Source of the DNA: Pyrodictiaceae archaeon
GTDB taxonomy: Archaea > Thermoproteota > Thermoprotei_A > Sulfolobales > Pyrodictiaceae
Reading direction: 5' to 3'
NCBI GenBank assembly: GCA_027036135.1
Contig: JALVSY010000007.1
Span: 132,880-196,879, forward strand
Length of the DNA stretch: 64,000 nucleotides
The notes under the pieces were generated by a model that worked only from the letters and a program-made list of their open reading frames with translations, did not search any database and was not told the origin of the DNA. Below, piece by piece: positions 48,553 to 58,378 of the stretch. The position numbers and the translations under genes were made by a program. Position 1 is the first letter of the stretch. Each line of letters opens with the position of its first letter.

Positions 48553-49821
48553 CTAGTTGCAGTGGGGCCTAGCCTCTAGTTTTCTAAGTCTTTTCTCTAT
48601 CTCTTTCTCGAAGAACTCTGCTAGCCTTTCTACCTCGTCTAAGCGTCCACTACGCGCCTGCTCCTGTGCATAGAGGATCAGGGGGCGCATGAGTTTCTTC
48701 AACAAGCTCTTAGTGAAGAGGGCCAAGGGCTCAGCAACAACCCCGTCTATCCCGCGTCCCCGTAGCACACTAGTAAGCTCTTCTAGCTCCTCTGAGGCAA
48801 CCATCTCCGCGTATCGCATAATCTTCGCGATAGCCTCGTCAGCCAATCTTTTCTCCCACTTAGCTATGAAAATCCTTATCTCATCCTCTATTATCTTCTC
48901 CGCCTTAGGTATCTCTGCTAAGCGCTTCTCAAGGGTATCCCTTATAGCCTCCTTCACCTCGTCTAGGCCAGCGTACTCGATGTGGCCCGGAACAGGCTTC
49001 TCAACAACTGATGGCACTGATATATCAACTATGAGGGTGCCGGGCTTAAGCACCGAGAGAACATCCCTTGTAAGCACTGGCTTAAGGGCATTAATAGCAA
49101 CGAAGACGATGCGCGCGCTACTGACTGCCTCGCGTAGCTTATCCAGGGGATAAGCACTACCCCCGACCTTTGCTGCTAGCTCGGCTGCTTTCTCATAGCT
49201 ACGATTAACGATGGCTATGCGTGCTCTTGGCCACTTCTCCCTCACGAGACTAGCTATTATAGAGCCAGCATCGCCGGCACCAATAACCGCTACTAGCTCG
49301 TCACCGATATCGCCTAGCCTCTCCCATGCAAGCTTCACAGCCGCTCCGGGAAACCCTACATTGCCCCTGGATATCCCGGTCTCGCTTCGAACAAGCTTAC
49401 CGACGCGAACAGCGAACTGGAAAAGCATAGACAAGTACTTCGAGGCGAAACCCAGGCGACGAGCCTCCTCATAAGCCCGTGCAACTTGGCCAAGAATCTC
49501 GTTCTCACCAATAATGGCTGACTCGAGGCCGGCTGCTACACGGAACAAGTGACGAACAGCATCTACTCCGCGAAACACTCTCGCATAGCCAGCAGCGTCT
49601 CCGAGGAATTCACGGACTCGTGCAAGGAACTCCTCCTGGTCATCGCTGAGCGCGTAGGCCTCGAAACGATTACACGTAGCGAGTACAACGAGTTCACGAG
49701 AAGAACCAGCAAGATAACTATAAGCGTCGCGCGCTCTCTGCTCAAGAGCACCGATAACCTCTAGGGGGGCCCAGCGATGACTAATACTCACCGCAACAAG
49801 GTCATCAAGACCAGGAGCCAC
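48553..49821 (-). CDS. hemA: Glutamyl-tRNA reductase
   Basis: TCNRFE, GLESAIIGENEILGQ, IGAG, DISVP. Confidence 0.95.
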   Translation of the reverse strand: MAPGLDDLVAVSISHRWAPLEVIGALEQRARDAYSYLAGSSRELVVLATCNRFEAYALSDDQEEFLARVREFLGDAAGYARVFRGVDAVRHLFRVAAGLESAIIGENEILGQVARAYEEARRLGFASKYLSMLFQFAVRVGKLVRSETGISRGNVGFPGAAVKLAWERLGDIGDELVAVIGAGDAGSIIASLVREKWPRARIAIVNRSYEKAAELAAKVGGSAYPLDKLREAVSSARIVFVAINALKPVLTRDVLSVLKPGTLIVDISVPSVVEKPVPGHIEYAGLDEVKEAIRDTLEKRLAEIPKAEKIIEDEIRIFIAKWEKRLADEAIAKIMRYAEMVASEELEELTSVLRGRGIDGVVAEPLALFTKSLLKKLMRPLILYAQEQARSGRLDEVERLAEFFEKEIEKRLRKLEARPHCN

Positions 49822-50087
49822 GAGCTATCACCATCGTCGTGGCGATAAAACAGGGCACAGCGGTACTGGCTCCACTACCTCACCTTCTCCTATCAACATA
49901 AGCTACCACTATCACTCTTGTAATGGTTTCCCCCTAAAAAATAAGGATGAGGAAGGACACCTAAATAATAGACCGGCGCCGAGAATAGTACCCGAGACTA
50001 AGGAGCTGTGCCTAAACATTTTGGCACAGTACTATGCGCATACCCTCTACCCCGCACAAGTAATTCGACTCTTTGGACTAAAGGTGC

Positions 50088-50867
50088 GTGAACGTCTTGG
50101 CCCGCACCCCTGCACTAATAGTCGCGATTAAGGAGCCCAGGAACCCCGATGAGTACTGCTTCGCGCAACGCCTCCTCTACCTAGCAGAGAGCATGTGCGA
50201 CACTAGCCAGGCGAGCTGCAAGCTGGGCAGAAGCGGGGCCGAGATCCCATACCCCTTGCTAGTCGCCACAATCCTCCACGCCGCTAGCCGCGGCGACAAG
50301 GTAGAGGGCTGGATAAGGGTGCAGGGAGAGCAACAAGCACTAGCAGCTTTACAAACAGTTCTTCGCCGAGAAAAAGAACTGGCCTTCCAGGTAGTAGCTG
50401 AGACTAAACACAATATACTAGTAAAGATATTAATACCTTTGAATAAGTGGTGTGGTGGTTGCCGCTTCTGCCCACACATAGATACACTGCCAAACACTAT
50501 GCCGGTAAGCATAGTTTTGACTAGCCAATACATAGTCTTTAGCCTGATAGCCTCTAGGCCACAGGTGCTCAGACAAATGGAGGACCTAGGCTTTAGAATA
50601 CTAGACGCGCTACCAGTAACCGAGTACGAGGACCCATTGACCTCGAAGCAGGAGATAGCACTAGTACTAGCCTATCTCTACGGCTACTACGCCCACCCCA
50701 GAAGGACAAGCATAAGGGAGCTAGCAAGCAAGCTAGGCATGTCTGGCTCAGCGCTAGCAGAGCTACTGAGGAAAGCCGAGCTCAAGGTAATAAAGAACTA
50801 TGTTATCGGTAACCTAGCGCACCACATATACCTAACAATCAGGCAGAAGGCGCAAGAAGCAGACTAG
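50088..50867 (+). CDS. HTH_10 (bacterio-opsin activator-type) transcriptional regulator
   Basis: LTSKQ...AYLYGYY.HPR...ELASKLGMS...LRKAE; CxxCxxCP upstream. Confidence 0.85.
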   Translation: MNVLARTPALIVAIKEPRNPDEYCFAQRLLYLAESMCDTSQASCKLGRSGAEIPYPLLVATILHAASRGDKVEGWIRVQGEQQALAALQTVLRREKELAFQVVAETKHNILVKILIPLNKWCGGCRFCPHIDTLPNTMPVSIVLTSQYIVFSLIASRPQVLRQMEDLGFRILDALPVTEYEDPLTSKQEIALVLAYLYGYYAHPRRTSIRELASKLGMSGSALAELLRKAELKVIKNYVIGNLAHHIYLTIRQKAQEAD

Positions 50868-50870
50868 GCA

Positions 50871-51209
50871 CTACCTCCTACCAGCCCTCTTCTTCCAGGC
50901 CTCAATCTCCTCCAACAATGGCCTGGGATCACCCTTCTCAAGCGCATCAATTACTTGTAGAAGCCTACTAGGCGGGATAATCACAACCAATACACTCCGG
51001 AGAAAGAAGCGGGCACGGCGCTTATCGCCTTTCGCGTACTCAAGAAGTACACTATAGGCCTTCAAGGGATCAGTTACAAGGAGCGAGGCGAAATCAGACT
51101 TATACTTCTTAAACGCGATATTGTTGAGCATCGATACAGCGCCCAGCGCAGTACCGCGCAGCCTCCGAGACAAGAGCTGCACAAGCTTATCCTGCGCCGA
51201 AGCCGACAC
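50871..51209 (-). CDS. Small helical KaiC-associated protein
   Basis: Downstream of the KaiC-like gene; paralogue of 23033-23344. Confidence 0.6.
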   Translation of the reverse strand: MSASAQDKLVQLLSRRLRGTALGAVSMLNNIAFKKYKSDFASLLVTDPLKAYSVLLEYAKGDKRRARFFLRSVLVVIIPPSRLLQVIDALEKGDPRPLLEEIEAWKKRAGRR

Positions 51210-51367
51210 CCCGATACTACACCTCGCCGCGCTATAAGAACGTAATCCCTGCCCCTAAGCCCCCGCTACCACTCCAAGCCAATAACATTAACTCTGCTTA
51301 GTGGTACAGTAAAAAGCTAGCGCTCATTAATCGGAGACCAGACTAGGTTACCAAATAGATATAGGTG

Positions 51368-52986
51368 TCAAAGAAACACGCTCCCAGCCTCTCGATCCTC
51401 CTTAATCCCGAACTCCTTCATCCTTGGCACACACGTGAACTTTAACACGGAAACAGGATAGACTACTACGTCGCATTCTATGTGCATCGAGACATGATAG
51501 GCTTCAAGCGTCCAGATCTGTCGTAGAGGATCCTCTGAGCCCTTACCAAGCAAGCGAGGCGCCGTGCTAATAAAGACAACAGCGTCATATGTTGATACTA
51601 ATGGGAATCTCTGCATGGCCTCTTTCCCAGGCACTGTATAAATAAAGACACCGAGGACACGCTTCCTCTTATTCCATAGTATGAAGTTGTAAAGCTCCGG
51701 AAGTATCTCTTCTCTCGGATGAAGCGCTTCGAGAAGCTCTACGCCCTCAATCATGAGTATGTCTGGCTTGTAGTGCTCTACGGCGAATCTCATAAGGAGG
51801 AGGAGCTCGTGAACCGTGTAGGCGCTCGGATTAAGTGATATCACGTGCACCGAGCCACCGTTACGTGATCCTAGTTGCTTTGAGAGCTGCTTTGCTAGGC
51901 ATTCGGTTATTTCGCGAAGAGCCGGAGCACTTGTCTTGAAGCTAATTATTAGTATTTTTGCCCCACGTATTGCCTTCTCTAAGCTAGCCAATAGGGTCAC
52001 TAAGAACCGGCTACTGACAGGTATGTCGAGTCCGATAGCTATCTGAGCATCGCGAGATAGCACAAGGCGCGGACATACTTCCTCGATGATCTGGCGCCTC
52101 CTTATATAAGGCATATCTAGTACCACGAGGGGCGGGTTAGTCCTTGAACCATAGATTAATGGTGTACATAGATTATATAGTGTGGAATAATCCGGTGGTG
52201 GTATCTCTTCTAGTTCCTCGGGAGAACTATGTCTATCATTTCGTGGGGCCTTATGTAGAACGTTACCTCGGAGAACCGGATGGGCGCCCATCGCACCTTC
52301 CTTATCTCCATTATTCGTAGCGGCTTTCCCCTCTTCATGACGGTGCGTAGAATGAATACTGCATCAACAACGAATTCCTCTACGCCCTCGCCTACAACTT
52401 GTGCCCCGTAGGGATGCTCTGCTACGAGGATGCTCGTGACTCCTAGTGACTTGAGACCGTTTACGAAGAAGTTCTGTAGGAGCTTTCTTATCCTGGATTT
52501 CTGCTTCCCTAGTATCTGTAGCATGACCGTGACGCTGTCCACTACTAGGCGCTTAGCGTTCATATCCATGGCCATGCCTATGATGTCCTCTAGTTGCTGT
52601 GCAAGAGCCTCATCATCAGCTATTGTTAGTGCCTCAACGTAGCGGAACAATCCCTGCTTCTCGTATTTCTCGAAGTCTGCTCCAAGGCTCTCCATATGGG
52701 CATAGAAGTCTTGGCGAGGCTCAACGAAGTTCACATAGATGCCTGGCTCGCCGCGCTTAAGCCCCTCATAGATGAACTTGGCAGCGAGAGTTGACTTACC
52801 GGTACCAGGGTTCCCGGCTACTAGGATTATTGCTCCCTTCATGAAGCCCCCGGCGAGGAGGCGGTCAAGCCCACTAATACCACTCGGAGTTATCTCGATG
52901 CGTGCTAGCCGAGGCGCGAACATATTGATTTCTTCTCTTTGCTCCTTGTACCCCTCCTTTCTGGGCTCTTGGGTCATGTCGTGCAC
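51368..52986 (-). pseudogene. Two-domain KaiC/RAD55-like ATPase split by a frameshift near 52225
   Basis: SGISGLD, GNPGTGKS, VVDS, EFVVD, RKVR in 52210-52986. An inactive second RecA-like domain continues as PEELEEIPPP in the shifted frame. Confidence 0.7.
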
Positions 52987-53173
52987 CTCAGCACAGAGCT
53001 ACGAAGGCAATACGGCCAAACTTGTGCTGAATTACTAGGCTTATTCCTATAGGATCGTAGTACGGACGTGGTAATTAACGTACTACCTCCGTTTCCTGGG
53101 AGAGCACTATGTACTCGCATTTATTGTTTATGCAGGACAGATTTGTTCCGGTTTCTATTACTACTTGTGGCTC

Positions 53174-54052
53174 CTAGGTCATTATTCTGGGCGAGAATAG
53201 CATTATGAATGTGTCTAGGAGTGTTAGCATTGCTATGTATTTTGCCGCGAGTAGGCTGTAGCCGTGCACTATCCGTGCTACTATGAAGGCTGCCGCAAGT
53301 ATTATGACTATTAATGAGTAGTAGTAGAGGCCGAGGAGTAGGCCTGGGTTAACGGCTCTACCAAAGCCCGGGAGGCTCATAACGGAGAGCTTCTGGACGA
53401 GGCCTACTACTATTCCTGCTGAGAAGGCGTATGTTATTGATGCAAGGGCTCCTATGAAGCCGTACTCGCTTAGACGAGCCTTGACCAGGCTTAGTAGCCT
53501 ACGAGTGCTCTGCGCGTGGCTGGATGCTACGCCGAGTACGCGGTGCATCATGCCCCTGCTCTTAGTGGCTGTTACTATGTTGTAGGCGTATATCCTTACT
53601 TTGCGGGGCGCGTTGCTAAACGCTGCGCGGAACGCGTTGTCTAGGTCCCCGGTCATCTTGTATATCCTGGCCATTCTCTCCACGAGCATCGACATAGGCT
53701 TATCAAGTATCTTCGAGGCTGCTAGTAGCGCGTCGGCAGCAGAGCCTGTTGAGGCTAGGAGGCTAGCGTAGAGGGAGAGAAGCTCCGCTACCTGGTACTC
53801 AAGAGCCTCTGATATCGCTGCTTCTCTACGGGCATATAGGTAAAGGGGGAGAGCAGCAACTGTTATGGCGCCGGATATCTCTATCATTGTGCCGGGATCA
53901 GTTATCACGGGTATGAACCTGAACAACACGATCTGGTGCCTAGGCACTAGTAGGGCGTAGCCAGTCTTCGCTGCTAGCCCTGGGTAGAGGAAGAGCCAGA
54001 GAAGCGGCAATAGTAGAGCACTCGCCGCTGCGACTAATTGTCGTGTATCCAT
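53174..54052 (-). CDS. Type IV pilus/T2SS F (TadC-like) membrane platform protein
   Basis: TM-cytoplasmic-TM topology; in an operon with the secretion ATPase. Confidence 0.75.
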   Translation of the reverse strand: MDTRQLVAAASALLLPLLWLFLYPGLAAKTGYALLVPRHQIVLFRFIPVITDPGTMIEISGAITVAALPLYLYARREAAISEALEYQVAELLSLYASLLASTGSAADALLAASKILDKPMSMLVERMARIYKMTGDLDNAFRAAFSNAPRKVRIYAYNIVTATKSRGMMHRVLGVASSHAQSTRRLLSLVKARLSEYGFIGALASITYAFSAGIVVGLVQKLSVMSLPGFGRAVNPGLLLGLYYYSLIVIILAAAFIVARIVHGYSLLAAKYIAMLTLLDTFIMLFSPRIMT

Positions 54053-54057
54053 GATGC

Positions 54058-54912
54058 TTACACCCTTATGCGCGACACCATCGAGTCAGCCATTACTGCT
54101 ATAGCCGCGCTCGTAGCTGGTATAAGTATGAAGGTTGAGATAAACAATATGTTGTCGAACGAGAGCAGGGGTGTCCTTGGCGGCTGTATAGCGAAGAGGA
54201 GAGCAACCACACCCACCGCGACTGGGAGCATTGCTCCTATAGCGACGAATATCTCTAGGAGCGCGCCGAGAGAAGAGGAGAGATTCTCGACGTATGACTC
54301 TGAGGCATAGAGGTACTCTGATACAACAGTGTCTATCACCTCCTCTATACTGCTACCCGTCTTAGCAGCTGCTGCAAGGCCGCCGAGGAGGCTCTTCAGG
54401 CTAGGGCTAGGAGTTATCTTCGCTGCCTCGCTGAGGGCTTTATCAAGGGGGATACCGGCTCGAATCGCTGAGGCAATGTACTCTAGCTCTATGCTGAACT
54501 CCCTTAGCTCTTCCCTCTCCTTCTCCCACAGCTCTATAAAGGCGGCAGCAATCCCGCTGCCAGCTAGTATGCGTGTTGCTAGCGCTGATGCGAAGGAGAG
54601 GAAGCGTGGCTCAAGCTTGCTCGCACGCCCCTTGTAGGCTGTGCTTGGAAGCATTATGTAGAGCGCGAGGCCTATCACGGCGAAGCTGAAAGCGAAGCCA
54701 ATGCCGAGAACTATTGTGGCCTGGAGCGGGAAGTGCCTGGCCGTGTAGAAGTAGGAGGCGAGTAGAGCCGGAAGCACAGTAGATAATAAGACAATGATTA
54801 TGGTGAACATTGTTGTGTAGCTGTCTAGGCTACGAGCAATCCCGGAGCCAAGGACATGGTACTCGAGGTCAGGGTTAAGGCTTAGCCCCAGCCTCTTAAC
54901 GAGCTCCCTCAT
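54058..54912 (-). CDS. Type IV pilus/T2SS F (TadC-like) membrane platform protein
   Basis: AGIPLDKAL...TPSPSL pattern with flanking TM segments. Confidence 0.85.
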   Translation of the reverse strand: MRELVKRLGLSLNPDLEYHVLGSGIARSLDSYTTMFTIIIVLLSTVLPALLASYFYTARHFPLQATIVLGIGFAFSFAVIGLALYIMLPSTAYKGRASKLEPRFLSFASALATRILAGSGIAAAFIELWEKEREELREFSIELEYIASAIRAGIPLDKALSEAAKITPSPSLKSLLGGLAAAAKTGSSIEEVIDTVVSEYLYASESYVENLSSSLGALLEIFVAIGAMLPVAVGVVALLFAIQPPRTPLLSFDNILFISTFILIPATSAAIAVMADSMVSRIRV

Positions 54913-56525
54913 CCCCGGGACACCCTCTTGTAGGTATAGGGCGATGTCTCCGAGAGCGCCTCCTCGTAGACCTTGTCTGGTTCCCTCATGTAGCGTCTCA
55001 CAACCTCGTGTAGCTCCAGCATATCAGCATCCTTCTCAGCTAGCCACTTGATAACAGTAGCCCTCCTCTCAAGGTCGCGCCACACCTCCTTGGAGCTAGT
55101 AACTAGTAGCTCAGCTATGGATGCGACAAAGCTACTCTCGGGGCTTGTTAGAACCCAGTCGTCCTCCCTGCTCCTCCACTGAACCAGTCTATCTAAGTAA
55201 ATCTCGTCCCGGGCCGGGTCATACTCCCTGGTCTCGTCTAAGCGAATAACCTTTCTCGCTACACGGCCCCCTCTCTCAAGCCGCAGTATGTGCACAAATA
55301 GCTTCGTCGCGGCTATGAGGCTCTTGGGCACATTCATGGGGGGCGAGGCAAGACGCCTTATAAGCACATCAGCGCTCTCGGCATGAACCGTTGTCAAGCC
55401 ACCGTGCCCGGTCGCTAGTGCCTGGAAGAACGCGAAGGCTTCGCGGCTACGAATCTCGCCAACAATTATGACGTCTGGCCTCATCCTCAAAGCGCTCTCG
55501 ACTTGTGCTTGCAAGGTAACGTTCTGCACACCAGGCATATCGCTTAGCCTGGTGTGCATCGCTGTCCAGTTATCGTGGAACGGTAAGTAGATCTCCGGGG
55601 TATCCTCTATGCTAACAATCTTGTACTCCGGCGGGAGGAGCATTGCTAAGGCGTTGAGGAGCGTGGTCTTACCGCTCCCCGTGGGCCCATATATGACGAC
55701 GCCCTGCTTGTACTGGATAGCAGCCCAAAGCATAGCCACGATACCAGGGTCAAGTGTGCCCTTGTTAACTAGCTCTATTACCGTGAAGGGCTCGGCGCGG
55801 AACTTACGAATAGTGAAGCTATGCCCACGTCTAGAGACAACATCAAGAACAATATGTACACGGTAGCCCTCGGGGCGGAGAATACCCTCAACAACGGGTC
55901 TCGCGAGGCTAGGCTCTTGGCCAGAGCGGAGACCAAGCTTAAGAACCACGCGCTCAAGCTCAGCCGGGTCATTGAACACAATATTGCTCGTAAGCCACTC
56001 GAACTCGGAGTGATAAACAAACACCGGGGTCAATAACCCGTTGCACGAAATATCCTCTATATGGGGGTCACGGATAATCGGGTCAAGCCTACCATACCCA
56101 ACAAGGTCGCGGGCAAGATAATAAGCGACCCGGGAAGCCTCATCCTCAACACTCCGGCCAACCCTCTTTAACCGGGCACGCAAAGGAGCAAGAGCCCTGC
56201 GAGCCAATGCATAAGCCTCACGAATGCCCTCGCCAAAATCCTCTATAGAGGAGAAGCGACGAAGAAGACCCATATCACGAAGAATATGGGAACGAAGCCT
56301 CTCAAGAACACGGGCCCCGATATTACTAAGCCCAGGCTCCTCAACATTATAGAAACGCCTACCATCAACATCCTCGACAACACTAACAGCAACAGGAGGC
56401 TCGTCACGAATAAGATATCGGGATAAAAGTCTCGAGGTCTCTCTATTTTGTACTTTTTCGCCTCCTAAGTCTTTGCCTTCATTACTTGTTGATTCTCCGT
56501 AAATACTAGCGCTTGTTTTTGTAAT
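54909..56525 (-). CDS. VirB11/TadA-family pilus assembly ATPase
   Basis: GPTGSGKTT, SIEDTPE, LRMRPDVIIVGEIR, TGHGG. Frame is open upstream of ATG 56273 through FYNVEEP to about 56540. Confidence 0.9.
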   Translation of the reverse strand: MTKTSASIYGESTSNEGKDLGGEKVQNRETSRLLSRYLIRDEPPVAVSVVEDVDGRRFYNVEEPGLSNIGARVLERLRSHILRDMGLLRRFSSIEDFGEGIREAYALARRALAPLRARLKRVGRSVEDEASRVAYYLARDLVGYGRLDPIIRDPHIEDISCNGLLTPVFVYHSEFEWLTSNIVFNDPAELERVVLKLGLRSGQEPSLARPVVEGILRPEGYRVHIVLDVVSRRGHSFTIRKFRAEPFTVIELVNKGTLDPGIVAMLWAAIQYKQGVVIYGPTGSGKTTLLNALAMLLPPEYKIVSIEDTPEIYLPFHDNWTAMHTRLSDMPGVQNVTLQAQVESALRMRPDVIIVGEIRSREAFAFFQALATGHGGLTTVHAESADVLIRRLASPPMNVPKSLIAATKLFVHILRLERGGRVARKVIRLDETREYDPARDEIYLDRLVQWRSREDDWVLTSPESSFVASIAELLVTSSKEVWRDLERRATVIKWLAEKDADMLELHEVVRRYMREPDKVYEEALSETSPYTYKRVSRG

Positions 56526-56739
56526 AAAACATCCCCCAAACTAATAACTCCTTAGGTTATCGTTCACCTATTTAAGCAATCGATACCTTGAGTAAAAGCA
56601 ATTAACACTATTTTATCTCAATTTAATTATTCTAATTATTGTATCATTCTCTGAGACAGAAATAAAGGATTAAAAAAGCAAGAGAAGATTTTAAGACTAG
56701 GATGCTCATGCTGCATTTATCCAGTTATATTTAACTCAT

Positions 56740-57174
56740 TTAACTCCGTATAGTTGCTACATAGGTGGCAGTAACACCATCCTTAGTGACCACCTTAACT
56801 ATTATAGTTGATCCCGATTTCAGCGAAAGACCTGTAACATTCACCGAGCCTACGCTACCAGGCGGTATCTCTATATTAGTTACCGAGGTATTTTCCTTTA
56901 TTACCTCACCGTTTGAGGCGTTTATGACATAGACGGTACTGAGATTTACCGGTATATTACCAATATTCCTCACATATACGGTTAGGGTACCACTGCTGGA
57001 GTTATAACTTACACTATCTATCGTTATTCGCTCTTGCAGGCTCGGCGATGACGTAGGTTGATTGCTCACAGTCCCGCTTACCCATGTATAGAGGAGCACT
57101 GAGACAGCTACCGCGATGAGTACTAAGAGCGCTGTAGCCACAACAGGAGATATACCCCTTAGTTGATACTTCAT
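56740..57174 (-). CDS. Major archaeal type IV pilin
   Basis: MKYQLRG/ISPVVATALLVLIAVAVSVLLYTW, VYVRNIG. Confidence 0.92.
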   Translation of the reverse strand: MKYQLRGISPVVATALLVLIAVAVSVLLYTWVSGTVSNQPTSSPSLQERITIDSVSYNSSSGTLTVYVRNIGNIPVNLSTVYVINASNGEVIKENTSVTNIEIPPGSVGSVNVTGLSLKSGSTIIVKVVTKDGVTATYVATIRS

Positions 57175-57411
57175 AGCGCTTACACCTCTTATTTCTATTC
57201 TCCGCGCTGTGTTTCTTGTATATGTTTTTGGTTTAAAAGAGTTTGCGTAATGTTTGTAGCCAGATACTAATCTTAGCATAAACCTCGATTTACGCGATTA
57301 CAACAAGTTTATTTTTATTACTCCTTCTAGTCTTGAGGAGAATCCCTTATCTTAGGAATATTCAGAGTAAAAGCGAGATTAGAGGCTAGGGTTGTTCGGC
57401 TTTTAGAGGTT

Positions 57412-58302
57412 TTATGATACTACTCTTGCTACGTAGAGTTTTGATCGTGCTAGGTCGTAGAACATTTCTACTCCCATTAGTCTTGGTAGTTTAGCCAGTA
57501 TGTCTCGTTCCGTCATTATGCCTATTACGTGGTAGTTCTTATCGACTACTGGTAGTGCTGAGACTCCTCTCTTCCTCATTATTCGGAGCGCTGTTGAGAT
57601 GTCTGCCTCGGGCTCTATTGTTGCTGGAGCACCCACTGCTATTCTTAGGACTTCGATGTTGAAGACCTTGTCTTGCTCGCCTCTCTTTATTAGTTCTAGA
57701 CTTTCCTCGGCTGCTAGGAGGTCTAAGAGGTCACGCGCCGATATTATTGCCTCTATGCGCTGCTCCTCGTCAACCACGGGCGCGTGGCGGTGGCGGTGCT
57801 GCACCATTAGGCGGAGGGCGTCTATGACCCTGTCTTCTAGGCCTAGGCTGTGTACTGGCCTTGACATTATTTCGTGGACTGCTGCGTTTATCGAGCTTAG
57901 AGCCATTACGCCCGCTATGTGTTTCTCCGAGATCACTCCTAGTACGCAGCCATCTGAGTCGGTTACTACTACTGCTCCTATGTTTAGCCGGGCCATCGTG
58001 TCCACGACGTCCTCGACACCGAACTCGCCTACCACGAACCTGGGTGCGTCTCTCCTCATTATCGTCTCTACACGTGTATTGTTGAGACGCTCTGCTAAGT
58101 CCCCCTTCTCATAGCCCTCGAGTATCTCGCCTAGCATGCGCCTTATCGATAGTATGCCGCTTAGGCAGCCCCGCTTATCTACCACGACAGCGTGTCTTAC
58201 ACCTCGCTGGTCGAGGGCAACCATTGTTTCTAGTAGGCTCTGGCCCTCCTCGAGGATAACGGGTGGCGGGTAATGGCCTATTAGTACTAGTCTGCGTGAC
58301 AA
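57412..58302 (-). CDS. CBS-domain protein (two Bateman pairs)
   Basis: Repeated PVVD...GI(M/L)(T/S)xRD motifs. Confidence 0.9.
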   Translation of the reverse strand: MSRRLVLIGHYPPPVILEEGQSLLETMVALDQRGVRHAVVVDKRGCLSGILSIRRMLGEILEGYEKGDLAERLNNTRVETIMRRDAPRFVVGEFGVEDVVDTMARLNIGAVVVTDSDGCVLGVISEKHIAGVMALSSINAAVHEIMSRPVHSLGLEDRVIDALRLMVQHRHRHAPVVDEEQRIEAIISARDLLDLLAAEESLELIKRGEQDKVFNIEVLRIAVGAPATIEPEADISTALRIMRKRGVSALPVVDKNYHVIGIMTERDILAKLPRLMGVEMFYDLARSKLYVARVVS

Positions 58303-58378
58303 GGCTACTTTGCGCCTCCACGCCTATTGAGGCAGCAAAGTAGGGGCCTAAAATAACCCACTCCTATCCCACGCGGCT

